DNA from: Marsupella aquatica
Taxonomy: Eukaryota > Plantae > Marchantiophyta
Direction of reading: 5' to 3'
DNA: 64,000 bases
Assembly: GCA_973895155.1 (NCBI GenBank)
Contig: OZ316897.1
Location: 6,461,327-6,525,326 of the forward strand
How positions within the stretch are numbered: the first letter of the stretch is position 1; every line of letters starts with the position of its first letter. A program made the position numbers and the translations under genes. The notes under the pieces were generated by a model. The model ran no database searches. It had not been told where the DNA came from and worked only from the letters and a program-made list of their open reading frames with translations. Below, one piece after another: positions 37,391 through 49,418 of this stretch.

Positions 37391-40300
37391 TGGCATCAGA
37401 ACCTCCAGAACTAAATCCCTCAATGCGATGTCCAATTTCAACAGGGTACTCTTAGTTATCAAAATTGGATTCAAGCCCGGAAATATTCCCAGGGCTCGAG
37501 CCGGTATGTCCTTCGCGCGCACCTGATAGATTCTCCACCGTGGCACCTCGAAAGGGGTGGACTAATAAGAGACTACAACTGCGTGCTCATACTGCAGCAT
37601 CCATGTTGACTAAAACTGCAGCCGAAGCTGCTTACACATTTGTGCAGAATTGGAGGGTCTGCTATGGTAATACCGCGCTTGACTCTTACATTCGAATGTC
37701 CATTGTGTTCTGCTACCAGAGACGATTGCGTGAATCGATCTTCTCAAGCTGGATCTAGGCTAGGCTCTGCCATATATAACTCACGACCTGTGCGCCACAA
37801 ATTAGGAAATCGAAATCCACTCGTTCGATCCCGGTACAAGATGCGTAACGATGTCCAACTCGAGGAAATGAGATCGATGATCAGCGTGCTTCATGGTGAG
37901 ATTGGGAAACTGGTAGGACCGTGTCTTCTGGAGGCGACGGTACTCTCGGACAGTTTTGTTTGCAGTGAACCGGAAGTGTCCGCGAGGGTTATTTCCATTG
38001 CTTTTTCTTTTAGAAGTTTAGACTGCAACGGTAGCGCATTGGACGACAGCCGGTACATGTTCAGCGAGCAATCTCGATCAGTGTCTACTGCTGGTGGCGT
38101 GCGTGGGATGAGGTCCTCAATATGTACTGAATCCAATATCGGCTGTGCCATTCATGTCTGTTGGTGCGGCACCGGCATCAGAGAGAGAGTCCTTATAACG
38201 CGTGAGGTGTGAATGCTGGTGAGTGCGAGTGCGTTCGTTTCAATAAACTGCAACATGCAACCAATCCTATCCGAAGAATAAATGGTTCACCCGAATCACC
38301 CCACACTGATTCCTTCGTAATAGAGACGACTGGACTGGTGAAATTGATGGGACGGCAAGCCTGCGTGCGCGACAACATATCTTTTAATACTTACTACTCG
38401 ATGACTGCGAGTGGGCTAGCTGTGTACAGACAATTAAAACCATTTGCGTACACGGCTGCGCGTCTGAAGAGACTTCGGGATGCAGTACTGGACCGCTGCT
38501 GTTGTGCTGGAGCTGTCCCCTCATGAACAGTCCATTTCGACATTGGTTAGCAGGCGCTTGCGTACACTTCAGAAATTCCGTAGTCCTCATGCCATCTGCT
38601 GCATTAAATTACTGAACGTCGCAGGACTGCGGCCTACAGGAGCCTTCGAGATCGATGCGATGAAATGCGATGCGCTAGTTTCATTCGGGCAATTAATCGT
38701 TGATGTTGCGAACTCAGCTATTTGAAAGGGAAAGGCCTGATGCTAATCGAAGCGTGCATGATTAACGGGGAGCGGGCAATGCTGACTCTCGACATTGGCT
38801 GTGCGTAGTAGGCTATGGTAAGATCGACCTGAGATCTCTTTAAGTAATTTCGTAACGCTACTCATTTTTCGATCAGCCTGTCATCTACAGTAGAGCGGAG
38901 CCTAGTTTGATATCTTATTTAAACTTATTTGCCATCAATTTTAGACTGTCTGCACTGCAGTGTAAAACTTTCAACCATTTATAAAATAATTTGCGCTGAG
39001 TACAGTTTAGAGAGAAATAAAATGTGCAACGTATGAACCAAATGCGAATCTTCCCGTTTTAATCACTTCTGATGAGTTTCTTGGCGAATCTCCCGTCTAA
39101 ACTTCTGATGAGTTTTCTTGTCCATGCGCGCTGTCCGTAGAAAGAACACGTGACAGAAGATGGGGTGGGCCTTAGATCAGGTCTGTCAACTTGCGTAGCC
39201 ATGGAGACTTATAAAAGGATCTGTTTAGGAGAGAAATTGTAGCCACGTCAAGCAGGAGATTGCCTACCAAAAAGGAGGGAGAAGAGCAGTAAGTATAATA
39301 ACTACGGAATGTTGTTCGTATCCTCCCTTTGGATATCCCTCCCAGCGTTTTCACGAAGGAATTTTGAAGCAAGTAGATTTAACTGTCTTCGCTGATCTCT
39401 CCCAATGTTTTTAGGAATGAAAACCGCACCAAGTGACTTTTAGATTTCTTTCGCGGAGCATACCTCCCATCGTTTTCAGGAAAGAAAACCAGAGCAGATA
39501 AATTTCCGTGTTGTAAGCTCAGCCCTTGCTTACACTACCACTTGCAAGTTGATAGCAAGAGACTACCAGCTCAGTTTCCTCGTTGATAGCAAATAAATTA
39601 TAGTCCCGTTTCCTCCTTTCGTGAGTGATAGAGGACGGGGTTTGCCAATTGTTTTCGTGCTAACTTGGAACCATCCTTTGCGAATTAAGGGCGACGATTC
39701 TTACACAACAGTTTCGGGCCCAAATTTCCTAGCATGGGAGATAGAATCAGCGAATACCTTATAGAATGTCACTCAACGACAACATCCAGAAATGCAACTC
39801 ACCTTCCCCTGATTTTTCTTGCTAATCCAGCAACAACCAGAAAAGGAACCAAAATACAGCTCCGACCGATACCAGTGAATCACTCCAGGTCCGAAAGGAC
39901 ACAAGCTGCGCCTATCTCTTGAAAAGACAGAATGGTCCATGAGTGCAGAGTATATTTTTTTGGCTCAATAAAGCATTAAAATAAGGTTGATGCTTGTGTA
40001 CTTTGTATAAATCTGCCAACTTAGTCAACAAACTGACTTGGTCAACAAAGCGTCAACTACCACGATTGGACTCTCCCAGGAGTCGAAAGTGCACTTGGAA
40101 TACATCCAGTTATCGAACATCGAAAGATACCAATCGAGAATGTCAAGAGAAAGTATATAACACATGGAAAAGGTCAGTCACGTAATGCAGAATAAAATTG
40201 CTTGGGACCAGACTTCTGTTAGCTGTTAAGTCCCAGTTTTGACGTGATTGGGGATAGCTAAACCTACATGCTAAACTGATAGGGAACAGAAATAAAAACC

Positions 40301-40753
40301 TCAGCGTGGCCACATTCATTAGAAGAGAGTCGCACACGAAAATGCTCTGTCCAAAAATCTGAACTATTGGGAGTCAACCCACTTCTCCACAAAAGGAAGG
40401 AGATTGAATATCTACAAAACTTTCATGAGCCATGTTACGAGCTGGTAGTATGACTTTCACAATCCATGTCGAGAAGCGACTGCAGGCATGCGCATATAAC
40501 TGTCAGTGACACAACGCCTAGCTGAAAATAGCTCACAGAAAAACATTGCGATGACGTCACGCCAAGTTCTAATTCAGGCAATCTATGAGAAGTTGTAAGG
40601 AATAAGGATGATACAAGAGGCTGTTTTATATGGTTAACAACACTTGAACAAGTCACTTACCTTCAGTAACATCACAAAGGGGTTTCGACTGAACAGCATC
40701 CCAGGGCTTGCCTGCACTTCTTTGCTTCACATACTGCCTTGCGCAGATTTATT

Positions 40754-43700
40754 TCATTGGTCATCGTCATGCTCCAAATCCTCAACCTCCAAGGTCAAAT
40801 CCAGGATACCAGCTTCTTCAAATATTTTGGATACTTTCTTCTGCACACGCAGTTTGTTTGTTCCGATGGAAGCGTGCAGCCTCAACGTACCCACGAGTTC
40901 AGTGTTTGTGTTGCTCCATACATGAAGCTTATGCCAGTCATGTACCCCCTCTACCTCTTCCACCTTCCTGAGTGCTTTCTGTATTCTTTTCTCTGCAGAT
41001 CGTGGAACCCTTTGCAGTAACAGCTCTGCCGAGTTTCTTACCAGAGGAAGGACAGATGATACAATAAGTACGGAAATGAAAATAGAACACGCTGGATCTG
41101 TGAACAACCAACCTTTGTACTGAATCAAAAGTGTTGAAATCACAACCCCGACACTTCCCAATGTATCAGCTAAGATATGCAGAAAAATGCCTTCCATATT
41201 GTGATCGATGTGGTGATGATCACTGTGATCATCGTGGTCGTGGTCGTGGTCGTGGTCGTGGCTGTGGCTGTGGTCGTGGTCGTGGTCGTGGCTGTGGCTG
41301 TGGTCGTGGTCGTGGCTGTGGCTGTGGTCGTGGTCGTGGTCGTGGCCATGGTGATGGACACGCAGGTGCCGTTCATTATCGTGGTGGTGATCGCCATTGC
41401 AGCTGTGACTGTGCCCGTGATCATGACCGTGATGTTCATCGCGGTGATTATCAGAATCCTCTGAGCAAGGTTGACCAGCATGGTCATGCAAATGTCCGGC
41501 TCCATGATCAGAATTTTTCCTCGTTTCTTCACTGTGAAGATCATGATGCTGATGACTGTCTCTCCTGTCCTTCCCATCCTCTGCATTTGAATTTATAATC
41601 CCCTTATGCTGGTGCTCAGTGCCTGACTGACTACATACATTAGTGCTGTTGATACCATGCCCATGATCATGATAATGCGCAGCATGTCTACCCACCTGAT
41701 GGTCATCAGAGTGCCCAGGCAACGATTGGTCAGGAGAACCATGATGGCCATCTAGGTGGTGATGTTGGTGTGAGCAGGAGCCGGAATGCTTGTGTGTGTT
41801 CTGTAAGTTCGCCTGCTCTGCCAACGAGTTATGCTGAAAATACTGATCCTCGTGATTGTGTGAGCAACTTGCTGAATGCTGATGCTCTGCACGTAAAGGT
41901 GAGAGCAAAGGAGACAAATGGCCAGTAGTGGAAATGTCAGTATGATGGTGACTGTGATGGTGCGGTAAATCTCCAGTATGACCATGCTCCGTGCCTTGAG
42001 AGGGGTGCCGGTGGTGATGGTCAGATTCATAGACCTTTGAAGAAGATTGTTGAAGATTTAAAATCGGAGAGTCCTTTCCGCCACCGATGAAATCCGCAGG
42101 CACATGTGAATGAGCAAATCCAGGTTCTGATGAAGAATTATGGGAATGGGGGAACGACGTCCCAATTCTTGGAGCTGGAGTAGGTATAACTCTGTCAGAA
42201 TGTGCATTATGCACATGAGTGCATGGGGCACTACCATGGGCATGGTGGTGTGCCTCGTGAAAGAACACTAGGCCCACCACGTTAACCAAGAGCCCACCCA
42301 CAGAAACAACAAGTAAACTCTCAGTGGAGATTTCTGGTGGCTCCAGAAGTCTTTCAAGAGATTCAAGAACAATGAGAGATGCCACCAGTATCAGGAAAAC
42401 GCCATTGGCATAACCTGAAAGGACTTCGAATCTTCCATACCCAAAGTTGAACTTTGAGTTAGGTGGGAGGCGGGAAATGTAAGAAGCATAAAGCCCAATT
42501 GCCAATGCAGCACAATCGAATAGCATGTGACAAGCGTCCGAAATCAGACCCAGGCTATTGCTGAGGAACCCGTACAAGAATTCCACAACCATAAAAGATG
42601 TGTTCAAAAGAAGGAACATGGCAATTTTGCGGGTCTTCACATCCGTCCATATGTGGTAAACGGGAGTTTTTATCATTGAAAACAGAGAAGCCCCCTCATA
42701 CTCCTTTTCGGACATTGAGTTCCAGTCAAGGCCCCCAGAAATGAATGCCCCTGCCCTTACCCCAACAGCCAAAATTGCAGAACATACCACAAATCCCAGA
42801 AGAGAAAAGTTGGAGCCATAAGTCAGCTCCAAGAAACACACACTGCAGACTGTGACAAAGAAATGAAACGAAGAAAGAGGAGAGATGAGAAGTTTCTCCT
42901 CCGAATAAAAATCACCATAAAATGCTACCACCATCCCGAAAGCAATCATGCTGAAGAGAGGCCAAAGTACCTGCTGGTCTATGCCACCAGTACTTCTACC
43001 CATCGGAAATGCGAGCTGAAATAATGCAACAGGAACAAATACAGCCCCAGCTGTCAGATAGGTCAGTGCCTGCAAGCGTTTCTTGGGTAGAGTGGAGAGG
43101 TTGGTGCTGGAGGGAAGGAGCTTTTGCATGGACGAAAGTAGGCCAGCGACAAGTGGTGCAAGAATACGGACATACTTGGTACAATCCTCCTCAATTGACG
43201 ACTCTACATCCTGTCCGGCCAGGTAGGCCCTGGATTCCGATGTGTAGCCGATGCGAGTCGATCGAGTGAGTTTTGCTACTGATGATGACTTCCTTGATTT
43301 GGCAGCTGGAAGGAACAGAGATGAAAGAGGAGAGCAAGGTGAGATGCCCCATCCTTGGGAAAGAAGAAACAAGCCAACCAAAAATGCGATAGCTCCTCGG
43401 AACTTAGCATCCCCGATTCCGTGGACTTTCCTCTGAGCTTTGATCAAAACCTTCCCTACGACAGCTCCAGCATACTCGGCCAGGATGGTTTCCAACGGCC
43501 CAACATCAGCCAATCCTCGTATCCGAAACAGAAACGAAAGAGCTAGAAGCGAACCACTGACGAACAGCAACGACCACTGTGATGGCGAAATTGATCGGCC
43601 CTTCCATGGGCGCTGCAGAAACCCTAAAACCACGCTGGCTCCGAAGAATGCTAAGAAGGCAAATTTGATCACACTGGGTTGCTGTCCCTGCTCTGATCGT

Positions 43701-43909
43701 GTCAACCAGTGGTGTGCTGCGTAAAGGGATGACAATTGCAGCAAAACCGCTATCCACAGACTTCCACTATGTGGGCGCTGGTAAATTACGGGTGCAGGGG
43801 TTGGGGAGGGAGAGAAGGCAATGTGGTATTTGCTCAACCTCTGGCTTGGTGAATTTGCCAAAGATGGCACAGGTACCCGTAGGGGTGGTAAAGTTCCACG
43901 CTGCGCCAT
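40754..43909 (-). CDS. MTP12: Cation diffusion facilitator zinc transporter, MTP12/ZnT5-like, 1051 aa, intronless CDS
   Basis: N-terminal extra TM domain, then the CDF core SNSLGLISDACHMLFDC (HxxxD site in TM2), FGYGRFEVLSGYANG, a His-rich loop, NMEGIFLHILADTLGSVGV (HxxxD site in TM5), DPACSIFIS and a cytosolic C-terminal domain. Confidence 0.92.
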   Translation of the reverse strand: MAQRGTLPPLRVPVPSLANSPSQRLSKYHIAFSPSPTPAPVIYQRPHSGSLWIAVLLQLSSLYAAHHWLTRSEQGQQPSVIKFAFLAFFGASVVLGFLQRPWKGRSISPSQWSLLFVSGSLLALSFLFRIRGLADVGPLETILAEYAGAVVGKVLIKAQRKVHGIGDAKFRGAIAFLVGLFLLSQGWGISPCSPLSSLFLPAAKSRKSSSVAKLTRSTRIGYTSESRAYLAGQDVESSIEEDCTKYVRILAPLVAGLLSSMQKLLPSSTNLSTLPKKRLQALTYLTAGAVFVPVALFQLAFPMGRSTGGIDQQVLWPLFSMIAFGMVVAFYGDFYSEEKLLISPLSSFHFFVTVCSVCFLELTYGSNFSLLGFVVCSAILAVGVRAGAFISGGLDWNSMSEKEYEGASLFSMIKTPVYHIWTDVKTRKIAMFLLLNTSFMVVEFLYGFLSNSLGLISDACHMLFDCAALAIGLYASYISRLPPNSKFNFGYGRFEVLSGYANGVFLILVASLIVLESLERLLEPPEISTESLLVVSVGGLLVNVVGLVFFHEAHHHAHGSAPCTHVHNAHSDRVIPTPAPRIGTSFPHSHNSSSEPGFAHSHVPADFIGGGKDSPILNLQQSSSKVYESDHHHRHPSQGTEHGHTGDLPHHHSHHHTDISTTGHLSPLLSPLRAEHQHSASCSHNHEDQYFQHNSLAEQANLQNTHKHSGSCSHQHHHLDGHHGSPDQSLPGHSDDHQVGRHAAHYHDHGHGINSTNVCSQSGTEHQHKGIINSNAEDGKDRRDSHQHHDLHSEETRKNSDHGAGHLHDHAGQPCSEDSDNHRDEHHGHDHGHSHSCNGDHHHDNERHLRVHHHGHDHDHDHSHSHDHDHSHSHDHDHDHSHSHDHDHDHDHDDHSDHHHIDHNMEGIFLHILADTLGSVGVVISTLLIQYKGWLFTDPACSIFISVLIVSSVLPLVRNSAELLLQRVPRSAEKRIQKALRKVEEVEGVHDWHKLHVWSNTNTELVGTLRLHASIGTNKLRVQKKVSKIFEEAGILDLTLEVEDLEHDDDQ
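41232..41350. repeat. Coding hexamer microsatellite (GTGGTC/GTGGCT)n encoding (DH)n/(SH)n in the transporter loop
   Basis: Seen directly; translates on the - strand as HDHDHDHSHSHDHDHSHSHDHDHDHSHSHDHDHDHDHD. Confidence 0.95.
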
Positions 43910-44965
43910 TTCTCTCCCCCTCCTTCCTTCCTGCTTCGTCCGTTATCAGGCCAGTCTCGTTGCCTCTTCGCTCTTATCTCTTCTGCCTCTTACCCAAAAC
44001 CTGGTAAAATGCTTTTCCTGCCCAAGCCTCGACCAGCTCCACTTCTCCTATTCTATTTCCTTTAGTACACAGCCGAAGAGGAGCTGCACGACCACCTCGA
44101 GAAACATGCAATACTGAGCCAGTAGATCATGAGAACTTTCAATCTCGATACGTCAACCCAAAACCAGAGCTACACTTTTCTAATCCCTCGGGAATGAGTC
44201 TGCTCACTGTCTCCTCAAGCGACGGCAAACTCAAAACAGACGAATCCTCCAGGCTCCTCCCGTAGCCAATCTCGAGTAAGAATGCCCTTTCTCCTTCAAG
44301 AAAAAGTTGATCGTTTACTTTCTCCCCTGTAATGGATATGCCCTTCCTTTCAGATCTTGCTCAATTCTTCTCAACGCCGTTCTCCTTGCCCAGCGAGGTC
44401 AAACGAGGCCATTCAACGGGACCAGAAAAATTAGATAGGCCCATCCTTCTTCTATCCTGCAGAGTCTGTCCGGCGAGACACCATGCTTCTGATCGGAATA
44501 TTGCCACATTGGTCAAATGCGACGACCAACAGACCTTTGCACATATAACCACAAGGTTTCCCTTCTGATTCTATTGGTCGGAAGTCTTCTAGCATTTATG
44601 CATATCAAATTCCAATAAGCCCAGGAATCACCAGAGCTATCTATAGATTAGCTTAAAGTCCGCTTCGGACTTGGTCAACATATCTGACCAAACAATGATA
44701 AAAGATCTAGGAACTGTACATACCTCGTCCGTTCGGCCCAGTTGTAAAATTTAGCTCAACCTGACCGACCAGAATCCCTCTAGAACTAGCTACCTCACTT
44801 CCTCGTCCATTACTTCCTTTACCAGCGTTCTGCGCCCACCATTAAATCTCAAATCTCACAACGTTGCCCACCGCCCCCATCCTTTTACAGCGCCCGATCC
44901 CTGGTTCTAACCAGGACAAATCTCGCGAAACTCGACGATCAAGGTCGTTGTCCCTACTGTGGAAG

Positions 44966-45086
44966 AAAAAGGATTTGATGGACCCCAATCTGGACATCTC
45001 TAGGAGCCCCCATGCGTCTGTCTCAGAAAAAGGATTTGATGGACCCCAATCTGGACATCTCTAGGAGCCCCCATGCGTCTGTCTCT
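44966..45086. repeat. Near-perfect tandem duplication, ~61-bp unit x2, upstream of MTP12
   Basis: aaaaaggatttgatggaccccaatctggacatctctaggagcccccatgcgtctgtctc occurs twice. Confidence 0.95.
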
Positions 45087-45638
45087 CCTAGCTGATGTCA
45101 ACAAAAGCCTTGAAAGACTCAATTCGAACCTCATTTTACCTGGGTCAGGCAATTTTGCCTCCAACCATGTCCCGACCCAAAAATGCTGGTGACGTCCTTG
45201 GATATCCAACCAACCGAGCTCCCGAGGGCGTTCGTTCGCTTGTCTCGAGACCCACGTCCTCCTTGCCGCACCTGAAAATCAAATTCACAATTGCTTTCTG
45301 TACATACAGGATTACAGAGGGGCTCAACACCGCTCACAGCAAAACCCTCTTCCTAGAAACCTCGCTCAAATTCTGAGTGGCGTGCTGCTCTACTCCGATT
45401 GATTGAAGAAAATTGGCGCGCCGGGATCCCCGCGTCTAACGACAATCCACCGGGGCAATTTAACGTTCCCGTTGCGGCAGCCGCTTCTCGTACACAATCC
45501 GTCCGTCCGGCCGTGGCTACAGTCGACGTAGTGATGTACTCTCCTCAGCAAGGATACCTACAGAGCTACCATAGTATTGATCGACTGTGCCATGGTGGCG
45601 ACCCGTCAGAGTTCCGTGCGTGCGGTCCCCTTCAGAAT

Positions 45639-46615
45639 ACCCCAAGTTAAATCTACATCACATTAATGCTCCCCCACTTCCCCGGGGCGCCGTACACTGC
45701 CCGTCCCAGTCCCCAATGGTGCTGCCCGCTCCAGCCCAAGTTTGGCAGAACATAAACCAATACTCTACAATTTAAATCATGCGCTCCGGCCAGATTAACT
45801 TTGCGCCATCGACTTCAGGTTTATGTTTTGGCACCCAAAATGTTTTGTCGGCCGCTCCGGCCCGATTGACTTTGTGCCATCAACTTTTTGGAAGAAGTGT
45901 TGCCAAAACATAAACCACCACTCCATAGAGAATAAATATTTGGCACAACATAAACCAAGACTCTATCAGTCATGACTCTCGACCAAAGTATTAGGTTCCC
46001 CTTGAACATTGAGACTCTATTACAAAATAGGTATGACTCCATTGGAAAGAAGTGTTGACACAACATAAACCCTGACTCCATCGAGAAGAAGCATTTGGAA
46101 AAACATCTACCAAGACTCTAGAATCACGACTCTTAACCAAAATACTAGGTTGTGCCTGAACACTTAGACACTGTTACCAAACAAGCATGACTCCCTTGGA
46201 AAGAAGTGTTGCCAAAACATTAATCACAATTCCATAGAGAATAAGTATTTGACACAACATAAACCAAGACTTTATAAATCATGACTCTTAACCAAAGTAC
46301 TAGGTTTGCCCTGAACACTTAGACTCTGTTGGAAAGAAGTGTTGCCAGAACATAAACCAAGACTCCACAAGGAATAAATCGATGACACAAACTTAAGTCG
46401 TCAGGCCGGAGCAAGCGAAGGTGCCAAAACATAAACCCAAAGTCGATGACCCAAAGTTTATCGGGTCGGAGCGCTTGACAAAATGGTAGAGTATTGGTTT
46501 ATGTTCTGCCAAACTTGGGCCGGAGCGGGCAGCAGCATCAGGGACTGGGACGGGCAGTGTACGGCGCCCCTGGGAAGTGGGGGAGCATTAACGTGATGTA
46601 GATTTAACTCGGGGT
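45639..46615. mobile_element. Non-autonomous Mutator-like/foldback DNA transposon, 977 bp, long TIRs, 9-bp TSD CTTCAGAAT, internal ~150-bp tandem repeats
   Basis: TIRs ACCCCAAGTTAAATCTACATCAC... and ...GTGATGTAGATTTAACTCGGGGT, pairing over ~240 bp. Perfect TSD at 45630-45638 and 46616-46624. Internal units start at ~45889, 46042, 46196 and 46329. Confidence 0.9.
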
Positions 46616-47299
46616 CTTCAGAATTTTACGTGCGTCAAACGGTCGTACGATGCAAATGTCGTCGCCGTTTCCAGCCCGGACGGGATAACCCGGGAGGCGG
46701 GAGCAGTCCTGGACCGTAAAATCCACGCTGGAATAAAGGTTAGTAATTTGTCCACTCAGACTCACTAGGGTGTCCTTTTATTGTTTGTTTCTGTACGTCA
46801 TGATATTTTTCTCTGGAATTTTCACTACATTTATTGAGACAATGCGCACTAAGGATTTGGATAGGCTCCTTGTGAAACTTTTCAATTACTTTTCACTAAG
46901 ATAGTAAACATAAAAACTCTTTTAGGTGTATTAATGGACTGGTACAGGAGCATTATCTCACTGATAAAGTGCAAACACGAACTAGAGATGAGAGAAGCCT
47001 CTAGATCTTGACTCTGGGTAAAGGATAAACTAATAAAGACATAACTCTAGGTAAAGATAAACTAGTAAAAACAAAATTGAATGAATACCAAGAACAGTGA
47101 CGGGACCAAATCTGAAAAGATACATCCTTTGATTATTTTGCTAAGTATTTTTTGTCTTATCTCTATTAACATACAGGATGGGCTCTAAGCATAGTTATAG
47201 TTATAGGTAATAAAACAATAGCTACCCAAAATTTGAGATGTAATTCTCATTTCTCAGGGAATTATGTTCCTTTCTGCAGAGAACGTTGTTGTCTTCCCC

Positions 47300-48430
47300 C
47301 AGGCATACAAAGTGCCATGGCATTGTGTTCAAACACAAGACATTTTGACTCAAACAACGTCTATTTAACGCGACACCCAGCATTCTGTTCGAGTTGGATG
47401 TTGTGCTTGGGTTCTGACCCTAAACTGCATGGACCACACATGCTATGCAAAATTTATGAATCATATACACAAGGCCAATATTCAAAATCAAAGGCAACAT
47501 TTGAGCACAATGCCCATTTTCCGACAAAACACCTTGCAAGTACCCAAAAAATGAAAACGGATCATCGTAACTAAAATACAACACCGGCACACTATTTGAA
47601 TACAGCGCCCCATGGCCCACTATTCAAATCAGCACCCAAGGATCATTGTGAATGATGCCTATGGTCATTAGGAAAGCTCTTGAGATGGGTGTCTAAAAGA
47701 GATGAATGCGGATGACATTGCAACATACCTATTTGGAGTAGAGTAGTGAGTGGGAGAGGGCACGTCGAACCTCCTTCATTCTTTGACATTTAGTTCATTT
47801 CCTCCTCCACCTTGTGCGCAAGGTTGGAATTGTAGGGCCAGTACATTGTCATTGGATAGGGTATAGTGGAGAGTACATAACGGTGATGAAGTCTCATGCA
47901 TAAAATCATGCTAAAGTGGAAGGTGGTATTGTTGAGTGTCATCTTGAAGCAGAAAGCATGTTTTATTGAAAAAATATAATTGTAACTACACTTGATCCCA
48001 GTGCTCCAAGGAACTGGAACTGGATGGATGAGGCATCAAGGCAAGCAGACCTTGTGGATGACTGTCTCATAAGGGCAAACTAATTAACGGAAAATAAGTT
48101 TTGAGCTTCTCCAACTCAGTACATTTATGCTGTATAATTTGCCTAAGATTGTTGAGGATTGGACAACTTTTATGAGGTGGAAAAGGCAAATAGTCGTTGG
48201 CCAAGCATCTTCCCAAAGTTTGTCCCATACACAAAGTTGGACCAAGGGGAAGTGTGGCAAATTTTCCTTTGGTTACAAACAACCTTTGCACCTTGGTTCA
48301 TGGACCACTACCTAAGTTGACAATTTGGACAACCATGTGGTCAAACGGAAGACATTGTTGTGTGCAACTGCTTGATGAGAAGAGGGCAACTACATAGGGT
48401 TGCGGGGTGATGGTTTGCTTCATCCACAAT
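47300..48430 (+). pseudogene. Decayed CACTA/En-Spm (TnpD/Tnp2-like) transposase fragment
   Basis: Manual translation with frameshifts and stops: PPSFFDI/VHFLLHLVRKVGIVGPVHCHW..YITVMKSHA*NHAKVEGGIVECHLEAESMFY (~47770-47970; DUF4218-type motif PPSFFDIMVHL.VHL...GPV..RWMY..ER...LK..V.N.A.PEGSI), then LVHGP...WSNGRH...LDEKRATT*GCGVMV (~48290-48420). Boundaries approximate. Confidence 0.75.
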
Positions 48431-49418
48431 TCACAAAGAACATATGATTTGATAGGAATCCCAAAGTGAGGCTCTGAATATGATTTGAAATCCTGTAACT
48501 TTACTTAGGGCCCTCCTTTGATACGCCCTAATGGGCCCACTAATTCTTGTACCATGTGGGATTCGTAAAGACCGTACCTCAATGGGCCCACTCCAGTAGT
48601 TCTTTCTTTTGCCTCAAAAGCTCTACCTCGGGGTTCACTATATGGAGGGCCATACATCGCGTGCTACTTTTAGGGTTTGACCCCCTAATTTATAAGTGAA
48701 AATTTGTTTGCAACACCCTTTCTTTCTTTAAATTTTGCCATAATTTACTAAAAAGACCCTTTAGAAAATTAGGAAAATACTTTTTACAATTAAATAGGCC
48801 TATTTGTTCTTTAAAGTTGACCAATCAATAAAGCATGCCCTATTTGTTCTTCCACCAAACTTTGGAAGTCTTCCGCCATACCATTTAAATGGGCTTATAC
48901 TTTGTCGCACATGATGTGCGACTTCCATGGAAGTGAAACCCCCCTCCCGCCGAGAACCAAATGAATTCCATTCAAATAGCCAACATACAGAAAGGGCGGC
49001 CCAAAAAAAGGACACCATCCCACGGGACCAAAGGTCTATGTGCCAAGACAGGAGAGGCCAGAACCAAGGAACAAGAGATTTATAAATTTATTGGGCTAGG
49101 TTCCATGGGGCTGGAAGTGAGGAGTGCACATATGTGTCAGCATGTTTGAGCCGATAAGATCACAAAGTTTCCAGGGAGTGAGGGCTGTACAAACATGGAA
49201 GTAGGGCAGTATAATTTTCCCTCACACTCCATGTTAAACTCTAGGGGCACCCCCTGCCTGTGTATAGTTTTAGTGTAGTGCATTCTCATCTTACTTATAA
49301 AGCGACAACCACAAGCTAGAGTTGGGGCCTAGCTAGGCTTCTAGAGTGAAGCCTCTAGACCATAACTCTATGGCCCACCATGTGAATGGGAAAATTCATG
49401 GCTATAATTTATGTCAAA

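Noticed and set aside
37640-38725. ORFs of 80-190 aa upstream of XTH
   Set aside because: Mostly non-ATG starts, no motifs and mutually overlapping; consistent with promoter or leader DNA.
41131-41598. ORFs with poly-GR/GC, poly-V or poly-T tracts (41131-41598 +, 41177-41464 +, 41170-41586 -)
   Set aside because: They are alternative-frame or antisense shadows of the His-coding hexamer repeat inside MTP12.
45889-46375. Regularly spaced repeats that could be taken for a CRISPR array
   Set aside because: Whole ~150-bp units repeat with no unique spacers, they lie inside a TIR element, there are no cas genes, and the DNA is eukaryotic.
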